Shown here: positions 48,396 to 54,783 of the stretch, piece after piece
Layout: each line of letters opens with the position of its first letter
Numbering within the stretch: position 1 is the first letter of the stretch
IMG/VR virus record: IMGVR_UViG_3300025086_000031
Location: 1 to 54,783 of that record
DNA length: 54,783 bases
Strand: one strand, 5' to 3'
DNA from: a virus
Lineage: Duplodnaviria; Caudoviricetes
Program-made: the position numbers and the translations under genes
The notes under the pieces: model-generated
Database searches by the model: none
Told to the model about the DNA's origin: nothing
What the model saw: only the letters and a program-made list of their open reading frames with translations

Positions 48396-48812
48396 ATGTA
48401 TACTTATAAAGCAAAATTAGACAGAGTAGTCGATGGAGACACTATAGATGTTAATATAGATCTAGGATTTGATATTAGCGTTCATAAAAGAGTTAGGTTA
48501 GCAGATATAGATACTCCAGAATCTAGGACTAGAGATTTAGAAGAAAAGAAAAGAGGGTTAGCCGCTAAATACAGGTTGACTGAAATTCTTGATAAAGGAA
48601 GCTTGGTTGTAGAAAGTAAAGAGGTTGGAAAATATGGTAGGGTTTTAGGTGTTTTAACTGTTTACCCTGACAATATGGATTTACCAATTAATGTTAATGA
48701 AACATTAGTTAGTGAAGGACATGCAGTTGAATACAACGGTGGAAAGAGAAATAAAAAAAAGGTGGAAGAAGACTCATCTGATTTAAATGAGGACGTTCCC
48801 TTTGGAGATTAA
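48396..48812 (+). CDS. thermonuclease (SNase-like)
   Basis: RVVDGDT, RL..IDTPE, GKYGRVL, L..EGHA. Confidence 0.88.
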   Translation: MYTYKAKLDRVVDGDTIDVNIDLGFDISVHKRVRLADIDTPESRTRDLEEKKRGLAAKYRLTEILDKGSLVVESKEVGKYGRVLGVLTVYPDNMDLPINVNETLVSEGHAVEYNGGKRNKKKVEEDSSDLNEDVPFGD

Positions 48813-48835
48813 TAATAATTAAAAACAAAAAATAT

Positions 48836-49018
48836 ATGATTAATTGGATTAATTCCTGGACATCAGGAAATAAAAAAGATAGGTATGAATTAACATTCAG
48901 AATAAGTACACTTACTATTTTTGAATTAATGTTTTGCCCTTGCTTGGTTTGTGAAAACAAAAAGGGAAGTTGTAAAAGATTTAGATTTATGATTTTTAAT
49001 TTTGGGTTTGAGCTTTGA
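48836..49018 (+). CDS. small hypothetical protein
   Basis: 60-aa ORF with A-rich leader; fills the gap in the operon. Confidence 0.55.
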   Translation: MINWINSWTSGNKKDRYELTFRISTLTIFELMFCPCLVCENKKGSCKRFRFMIFNFGFEL

Positions 49019-49695
49019 TATCACAAGTAAATAAAAATAAAACACAAAAAGGAACTGAACTAAAGAAGGTTCCATCAATAAAAAGATCTAAGGGTCTTCA
49101 AGGTGCTATAGATTGGGTGGTTGAAAATGATGCTACGGAAGAAAAGGATAAATTAAGACACTTAATGGAGGCTACAGCCTTCTTAGAAAATTCTTTTGGT
49201 GCAAATGAAAAAGCTTACAATAGAGACTACACTAACTCGCACTGGTCTATAGATGATGGTTTTTTAAACGATCTTGTAACTAAGAAAGATAGTAAGTATG
49301 ATAAAGTTTACAATGATTATTTTGCTAAGTATGATGCTATTGATGCAGATAGAGGTAATTTAAAAGATATGTTAAATGCTAATGATGAAATAGCCTCAGC
49401 GTTATCAGCTAGAATAAAGTATGCTATCTCACCAGATCCTCTTCCTGATACTGATGTTGACTCTGTTGTTGATTATTGGTATAAACATTATAATGCTAAT
49501 AAGGATTTTACAAAGGATGATATTGATAGAAAGAAAGATGAATACAGAAAGTTTTTAGAATCTAAAAGCGAATCATCTACTGAAGAAGAACAAGAGTTTA
49601 GAGACACAAAGACAAAAGAAAATACTGGACATTATTATCCGATGGGATTTACGGGTGGTAAAAGTAACTCTGTAGAGGAATTATTTAATAATTAG
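49015..49695 (+). CDS. putative lysozyme-fold protein
   Basis: L..TA..E..FG ... AR..Y...P.PLP ... YW.KHYN pattern seen in phage muramidase-like proteins; start uncertain (TTG). Confidence 0.45.
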   Translation: MISQVNKNKTQKGTELKKVPSIKRSKGLQGAIDWVVENDATEEKDKLRHLMEATAFLENSFGANEKAYNRDYTNSHWSIDDGFLNDLVTKKDSKYDKVYNDYFAKYDAIDADRGNLKDMLNANDEIASALSARIKYAISPDPLPDTDVDSVVDYWYKHYNANKDFTKDDIDRKKDEYRKFLESKSESSTEEEQEFRDTKTKENTGHYYPMGFTGGKSNSVEELFNN

Positions 49696-49703
49696 ATAAT
49701 GTT

Positions 49704-49735
49704 TTTGTTTTACAGATAAAAAATGATTATATTTG
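49704..49735 (+). promoter_or_regulatory. Bacteroidota-type promoter
   Basis: TTTG, 20 nt, TATATTTG. Confidence 0.7.
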
Positions 49736-49769
49736 ATAAAAATTAGTTAACAATTTAAAATAAAAATAA

Positions 49770-50180
49770 ATGGCAACAACAACTGCACAAATTACGTTAT
49801 CTTCTAGTGATCTATTAACAGATTCTTTGAGTTTAACTACGACAGCTACTTTGTATGATGCTGGAACAACAACAGGTGTTACTCAGACTAGCGGTTTATC
49901 TAGAAAAACAACCACTGCTACAGATGTGGTAACTTTGTTTAATGCTGCTCCACACACTGAGTATGGTGCTAATGGAGCTCATAAAGTTTACGTCAAAAAC
50001 TGTTCTTCAACTAGATCGGAGTTTATTACAGTTACTATTAATACTGAGGAAGTAGGTAGATTATATGCTGGAGACTGGATGTTTATGCCTTGGGGTGCTC
50101 ATGATACAGATAATGATATCAAAGTTACACCAAGCGTAGCAACAAGTATGACTTTTGAGTACATGTTATTCATAGGGTAA
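49770..50180 (+). CDS. probable structural protein
   Basis: Thr-rich, beta-rich, VY.KN...L.AGDW.F.PW. Confidence 0.6.
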   Translation: MATTTAQITLSSSDLLTDSLSLTTTATLYDAGTTTGVTQTSGLSRKTTTATDVVTLFNAAPHTEYGANGAHKVYVKNCSSTRSEFITVTINTEEVGRLYAGDWMFMPWGAHDTDNDIKVTPSVATSMTFEYMLFIG

Positions 50181-50678
50181 ATGGAACTTGAGGTAGTAAG
50201 GTTTTCTAGTGAGTCTGATTCTACGAATGGGATTCTATTTGACTCTAGCAATAAACTAGATGGTAGAAAATTCTTATGTTACACTCTAGAAGATGAACAG
50301 AGAGACAAGAAGGTTAAAGGGGAAACTCGTATACCAGCGGGATCTTATAAAATTAAGGTTCGGAAAGTTGGTGGATTCCATGCAAGATATTCTAAAAAGT
50401 TTGGTAAAATGCATCGTGGCATGCTTCATGTCACCAATGTTCCTGGTTTTGATTATATACTCATTCATTGTGGTAATACTGATGAGCACACGTCTGGGTG
50501 TCTACTTGTTGGGGACTCGCAGGAAAACAACCAAATCAAGAAGGACGGTTTTATAGGTAAATCTACTCAATCTTATAAGAGGGTATATGATTATATAATG
50601 AAGGCTATTGAGTGTGATGATAGTGTTACAATAACATATATAGATTTTGATTCACCATCCACACCTATTAGTTGTTAA
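50181..50678 (+). CDS. DUF5675-like endolysin (putative L,D-peptidase)
   Basis: CYTLED...ETRIPAG.Y...VPGF..ILIH.GN....T.GCLLVG. Confidence 0.8.
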   Translation: MELEVVRFSSESDSTNGILFDSSNKLDGRKFLCYTLEDEQRDKKVKGETRIPAGSYKIKVRKVGGFHARYSKKFGKMHRGMLHVTNVPGFDYILIHCGNTDEHTSGCLLVGDSQENNQIKKDGFIGKSTQSYKRVYDYIMKAIECDDSVTITYIDFDSPSTPISC

Positions 50679-50730
50679 TAATTTTTTACAACAAACCTTT
50701 AAAAACCTAATAAATATTTGTATATTGGAT

Positions 50731-50807
50731 TTATGTTAACATTCGTGTTTACATAGTTTTAGTTTTAAGTTTCGATAAGCCCATCTCCCAGATGGGTTTA
50801 TTGTTTT
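50731..50807 (+). ncRNA. candidate small RNA
   Basis: variant promoter TATATTGG (50721-50728), UUCG-capped hairpin, U-rich linker, terminator hairpin. Confidence 0.5.
50775..50807. terminator. terminator between convergent gene blocks
   Basis: ATAAGCCCATCT-ccc-AGATGGGTTTAT then TGTTTT. Confidence 0.75.
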
Positions 50808-50812
50808 ATAAC

Positions 50813-51103
50813 TTAAACTTTATCCTCTTCTTTAGGAGACGGAGTGAATACTCCCTCATCAATATTAATAGTTCCAGAACCATATTTTTTATTCATCTTA
50901 TCCATCATCTTTTTCCCTTTTGTCTGATTGCCTTTAAATTTAGCTACCATATCCTCTTCCATTTTTTCAAGCTCTTTCATTTGAGCTCCCACTAAGATCA
51001 TGTCCGTTTTAAGTTTACCAAAATCTACTGTTAGTTGATTTTTTTCACTAGCAATTTCTTTTATTTCATTGATTTCTTTTTCTTCTAAATTTTTTGTTTC
51101 CAT
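50813..51103 (-). CDS. coiled-coil hypothetical protein
   Basis: heptads plus KYG.G.INI..G C-terminal motif. Confidence 0.7.
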   Translation of the reverse strand: METKNLEEKEINEIKEIASEKNQLTVDFGKLKTDMILVGAQMKELEKMEEDMVAKFKGNQTKGKKMMDKMNKKYGSGTINIDEGVFTPSPKEEDKV

Positions 51104-51104
51104 T

Positions 51105-51503
51105 TTATTTACTTTTATTATTGTTTTTATTACTTTTTATTTTCTCGATTGATCTACCAGCGAAGTACGCTGAGTATACTACAAGTAGGAGCTGGGTGTA
51201 AATTGGACCGTACATTGGATTCATTTTAAACTCCCCTACATTACCGTCAAAGAATGACATAACTACCAGCATAATAGTTAAAAAAGCTAGAGTTAGAGGC
51301 CTAATATTAGCTGGTAACCATCCCGCTTTAGCGTCAGCCTCCCATCTTCTAGTAACTTGCTCTTGAGCGTTCATCTGAGACTTAGCTATAAGCTCTTTCA
51401 TCCTCAATTTTAAGGACATCTTTTCCTCTTCTGTTGTTACACACTCATCTATTATAGTTGATGCGTTTCCTATTAAACTTTTAAATATGTCTCCTAGTAT
51501 CAT
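51105..51503 (-). CDS. holin (3TM/GTA-holin-like)
   Basis: T.EEK...RWEAD...WL..NIRP, TM helices, AYF.GRS.EK. Confidence 0.75.
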   Translation of the reverse strand: MILGDIFKSLIGNASTIIDECVTTEEEKMSLKLRMKELIAKSQMNAQEQVTRRWEADAKAGWLPANIRPLTLAFLTIMLVVMSFFDGNVGEFKMNPMYGPIYTQLLLVVYSAYFAGRSIEKIKSNKNNNKSK

Positions 51504-51969
51504 TACGCCTTTCTTTTCTTGTATATTTTTTTTTCAGTTTCTCTACAACTTCCATAATTTGTTTTTGAGTCCCTGGCATGTAAAGATCGTAACTTTTTTT
51601 CTGTTTTGCAAGCGTGTTCTTAAATAATTTCCACCTAAGATTGAACGCTTCTGTTCTAAGACCTTTACATTCTATGATCCATCCTTGCTCAAGATTAGTA
51701 AAGTCAGGAAGGTATGTAGCTTGTGATATATTTTCAGAAGATTTTAAAAATACATTCTTCCCCTTCCTCTTCTTCTTCTCAATACATTCACCCTTATATA
51801 TAAACTTATCTATAAGAACAAATCTATCTTCTTCATATTTAAAAGGTATGCCCGCCACCTTAAGGCATTGATATGTAAACTTCTCTAGCTTAGATTTAAA
51901 TTTAACACCATTAAATGTGGTGGCTGTGGCATTCCTTACTTTTTTATTGTATTTCCTTTTTCTTTTCAT
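51481..51969 (-). CDS. PD-(D/E)XK nuclease (T7 endonuclease I/DUF1064-like)
   Basis: FKSKLE...YE...YLPDF...IIECKG. Confidence 0.8.
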   Translation of the reverse strand: MKRKRKYNKKVRNATATTFNGVKFKSKLEKFTYQCLKVAGIPFKYEEDRFVLIDKFIYKGECIEKKKRKGKNVFLKSSENISQATYLPDFTNLEQGWIIECKGLRTEAFNLRWKLFKNTLAKQKKSYDLYMPGTQKQIMEVVEKLKKKYTRKERRNDTRRHI

Positions 51970-52406
51970 TATTCCTCCATTATATAATTGCCGTCTTTTG
52001 ATGACTCAGCGTTATCATTATCTATAGGTATCTTAATCATATTCCTAAACTCTATTAATTTCTTATATTCAAATGCGTTATATTTGTCTTCATAAAAATA
52101 ATATATACCATTTATTTCTGGCCCAACACACACCTTAGTTCCGTTTGTTAAAATATATGTGTAGTGGGTGTCAAAAAAATCTATACTTTTCCAAGCGTGA
52201 TAAAACCCTAAACCACCTGGGGGATATATCCTTATACCGTCACTTGTTATGTCTAGATATTGAGATGTTTCCATTTTGGTAGTATTATATGCTGTATAAT
52301 TATCTACATCAGATCTGTAAACATCTTCAGAGTAATATAACCCACTCTCAATTTGTGCGAATACCTGACCCGTCAGCATAAACGCAATAAAAATCATTTT
52401 CTTCAT
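51969..52406 (-). CDS. secreted hypothetical protein
   Basis: signal peptide MKKMIFIAFMLTGQVFA-Q. Confidence 0.65.
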   Translation of the reverse strand: MKKMIFIAFMLTGQVFAQIESGLYYSEDVYRSDVDNYTAYNTTKMETSQYLDITSDGIRIYPPGGLGFYHAWKSIDFFDTHYTYILTNGTKVCVGPEINGIYYFYEDKYNAFEYKKLIEFRNMIKIPIDNDNAESSKDGNYIMEE

Positions 52407-52421
52407 AATTAATAATTTTAG

Positions 52422-52703
52422 TTAATATATATCGTTACTTAAACCCAACTCTAGAGATTCTAATATTTCCTCTAAAGTTATTTCAACTTCTTTTTTAGTT
52501 TTTTTACCTATGTCAAACATTATTTTATCCATAGATCTTTCGCAATTCATTAGGTCTTTTATATTGTTCTCGGTAAAGCACCTATCTATTATAATTTCAT
52601 TTTTATTTTTACTAACCAATCTTCTTCCAATTTTATTATAGTTAACATTCTGATAATAACATTTTAGTTTAAGTGAATATATTATTTTCCTCATTTTACT
52701 CAA
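52422..52703 (-). CDS. hypothetical protein
   Basis: 93-aa ORF overlapping the primase-helicase stop. Confidence 0.6.
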   Translation of the reverse strand: MSKMRKIIYSLKLKCYYQNVNYNKIGRRLVSKNKNEIIIDRCFTENNIKDLMNCERSMDKIMFDIGKKTKKEVEITLEEILESLELGLSNDIY

Positions 52704-54486
52704 AATCCTTTCTATCTACCCACTCCTGCTCTGGTGAATATGTAGTTTTTTCCCTCCATAAACTGTGTGTTTGGCTAACACCATCTAAAGGACAGCTCAT
52801 TTGGTGATCCAAATATCTACCAGATCTTCTATCATACTTAAGAGACTCTTCTCCTGGAACCCCTACAAGCTTTTGAAACTTAACCTTTTGAACACTAAAA
52901 GCAACAGATGTGTTGTTAATATCCATTGAGTTGTCTCTATGTATACATATAACATTATCAGCTTTATTAAACCAGTTTTGACTACCACTTATATCATATG
53001 CTGTAGGTTTTTTATATCCACCATTGTCATCTCTGTCCATTTTTCTAGGGTGTGCTATAATAATAAACTTAAGATCATTAACCTGTTCAAATCTTCGTAT
53101 ATGAGTCAAGCATTCTCCTATGTATGTTGTTTCATCTTTACCTTGAAACTTATGATCTAATTGATTAAATGGATCTAACAGACAACCTTTTATACCGTGT
53201 CTCAATACTAAATGTTTAAACTTGGATAGTATATTATCGAGACTAAAATCATCTTCAGGATATATAGCGTAGAAATGATTATGTAAAAAGTCTATGGCTT
53301 TCTCATACTCATATATTGTCATTCTATCATTAACATCTACATCTGATGTGTTACCTATATACATTTCAGCTAGAGTGTCGAACAGGTCTCCCACAGGGTA
53401 GTTTTCTGGGGAAAATATTCCCCACTTCCACCCGTATAAAACAGAGGCGTTTAACATTATCTGTAAAGCCATCATAGTTTTACCTGAGCCTGGAATACCT
53501 GTCCACACATCTAGTTCTGAAGTTCTGAGGGTATAGTGATTGTCTAATACTTGATATCCTGTAGTTAATCCTTTCTTTTTACCATTATTAAAAACATCTA
53601 TCATGTAATCTTGCTCAGATTTAACAGTAAAAATACCGTCCACAGGATATGGTTCAGCGTCTTTTATTATTTTTTCTAATGCTAACACACCCTCATCAAC
53701 CAGCATTTGATTAGCGTCTTTTATTTCTTCTGGAAACTTAACTATATAACATCTCTCTCTACCTATTCTTCTACTAAGTTCCTCTAATAAAACCCTACCA
53801 TTAGTGTCATTATCTGAACATATATATATCTTTTCCATTTCTTCAAAATATTCCCAGCAGTTGTCTAGATATGAGAATTTATTGTCATAGTTTTTAGTCC
53901 CAGGATTAGGTGCTCCATCAGGAACTGACACACAATTATCTATACCTATTTCATTTAGAGATAGCTTATCCATTTCTCCCTCTACTATATATACTTCTTT
54001 ATGATCCTTTATATCGTCAAGTCCATAGAATATTTTTTCAGCATCTTTAAATTGTTTAAAGTTTTTCTCCCCATCTCTATACTTAATATTGATCAACTCC
54101 CCATCTCTGAAGTAGTTAAAGCAAATAGTATTTCTATTTTCAGATACTTGAGGCATATATTCTTTTGTTTGACTGATTTTATTTTTTATTAAAACTCTCT
54201 GAGATATCCCTCTAGACTTGAACCAGTCCACCATTTCATCTGACAGATCAGTTGAGTTACTCATTTCGGGTCTAGAATATTCTATATTCTTTTCCTTTTT
54301 ATAAGTTTTATATTGATTAATAATACCACTATCTGAGCAGTGGTGACACATATATGCTCCAGTCTCTCCATTTATAGCTAGACATTTTTCTTTAGATTTT
54401 TTACGATCTGTTGAACAATTATAACATATGTGTCTTACCTCGCTTGATGTATCATTAATTCGTATTCTATCATTATTTAGGCTCAT
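52696..54486 (-). CDS. primase-helicase (T7 gp4/Twinkle-like)
   Basis: Zn finger (CYNC...CHHC), TOPRIM (VEGEMD, DND..G), Walker A TGIPGSGKT, LLDPFN, AHPRK, ISGS...NKAD. Confidence 0.92.
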   Translation of the reverse strand: MSLNNDRIRINDTSSEVRHICYNCSTDRKKSKEKCLAINGETGAYMCHHCSDSGIINQYKTYKKEKNIEYSRPEMSNSTDLSDEMVDWFKSRGISQRVLIKNKISQTKEYMPQVSENRNTICFNYFRDGELINIKYRDGEKNFKQFKDAEKIFYGLDDIKDHKEVYIVEGEMDKLSLNEIGIDNCVSVPDGAPNPGTKNYDNKFSYLDNCWEYFEEMEKIYICSDNDTNGRVLLEELSRRIGRERCYIVKFPEEIKDANQMLVDEGVLALEKIIKDAEPYPVDGIFTVKSEQDYMIDVFNNGKKKGLTTGYQVLDNHYTLRTSELDVWTGIPGSGKTMMALQIMLNASVLYGWKWGIFSPENYPVGDLFDTLAEMYIGNTSDVDVNDRMTIYEYEKAIDFLHNHFYAIYPEDDFSLDNILSKFKHLVLRHGIKGCLLDPFNQLDHKFQGKDETTYIGECLTHIRRFEQVNDLKFIIIAHPRKMDRDDNGGYKKPTAYDISGSQNWFNKADNVICIHRDNSMDINNTSVAFSVQKVKFQKLVGVPGEESLKYDRRSGRYLDHQMSCPLDGVSQTHSLWREKTTYSPEQEWVDRKDFE

Positions 54487-54782
54487 TTAAATAAATCGTT
54501 TACATTAAATTCTTGTTTCTTTTTCTCTTCTTCTTTCACTTTCTCATCCTTCCAATACTCTCCATTCAACCAAGTGAGTGGGTGTTTTCTAAACTTTGGA
54601 TCAGGAGTCTCTTTTATATAGGGTGGTACAGCATCTATAATTATTTGCATTGTCTTAATATTATATTTAATAAACTTATCTTGACACTTATGCATACCAG
54701 TCTTTTTATTGTAAAGAGTCCAAAATACTTTAAACATAGCTAGTTTTATTTCTTTATCCTCGTTTGTCTCTTTAGGAGATGA
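54483..54782 (-). CDS. replication initiator/loader-like protein, 3' part only
   Basis: F..FW.LY.KK...FRKHP.TWLNG..W.DE; frame is open upstream of 54737 to the window edge. Confidence 0.65.
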   Translation of the reverse strand, partial: SSPKETNEDKEIKLAMFKVFWTLYNKKTGMHKCQDKFIKYNIKTMQIIIDAVPPYIKETPDPKFRKHPLTWLNGEYWKDEKVKEEEKKKQEFNVNDLFK

Positions 54783-54783
54783 T

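Noticed and set aside
2624-54743. Numerous 60-110 aa ORFs antisense to or nested in long genes (for example 2624..2887, 39481..39807, 50293..50556, 54513..54743)
   Set aside because: Shadow ORFs with no initiation context or recognisable motifs, fully overlapping well-supported genes.
54734-54748. ACATAGCTAGTTTTA as a third target of the candidate sRNA
   Set aside because: The ATG at 54737 is probably internal, since the frame stays open to the window edge, so this is unlikely to be an initiation region.
1-54783. Stop-codon reassignment as in some crAss-like phages
   Set aside because: The standard code gives dense, full-length genes; TAG (for example 12155) and TGA (for example 11627) end genes right before the next start.
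1-54783. tRNA genes, integrase, introns or inteins
   Set aside because: No cloverleaf was seen in the short intergenic gaps, no recombinase motifs were found, and terL, capsid and primase genes are uninterrupted and of ordinary size. This was checked by eye only.

Overview
About 55 kb of an AT-rich tailed-phage genome (podovirus-type, crAss-related structural module), read with the standard genetic code. The host is most likely a Bacteroidota (Flavobacteria-like) cell, based on repeated TAnnTTTG promoters, signal peptides ending just before Gln, and a T9SS-type sorting tail. From left to right: the starts of leftward genes; a roughly 600-bp non-coding region with 9-1-9 palindromes and a purine-pyrimidine tract; two HNH-type genes; a leftward block (wHTH regulator, 896-aa protein); tail-fibre genes; tandem GroES, terminase, portal, scaffold-like and major capsid genes; ring, tube and muzzle tail genes; three probable ejection proteins, including a 3825-aa polyvalent protein with no recognisable RNA-polymerase motif; a cluster of envelope and small basic proteins; lysis genes; and a convergent replication block (nuclease, Twinkle-like primase-helicase). 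The most interesting signals are four. (1) A slippery TTT-A10 site early in the giant gene, whose -1 frame encodes a patterned basic/aromatic tail. (2) A separately promoted cassette of a beta-barrel, a lipoprotein and an LDLa-domain T9SS cargo. (3) A candidate sRNA of about 75 nt, complementary to the start-codon regions of the leftward genes. (4) A shared [YA]xxG[GAM] peptide motif in many unrelated probable virion-internal proteins. All family assignments come from motifs recognised by eye, not from database searches.
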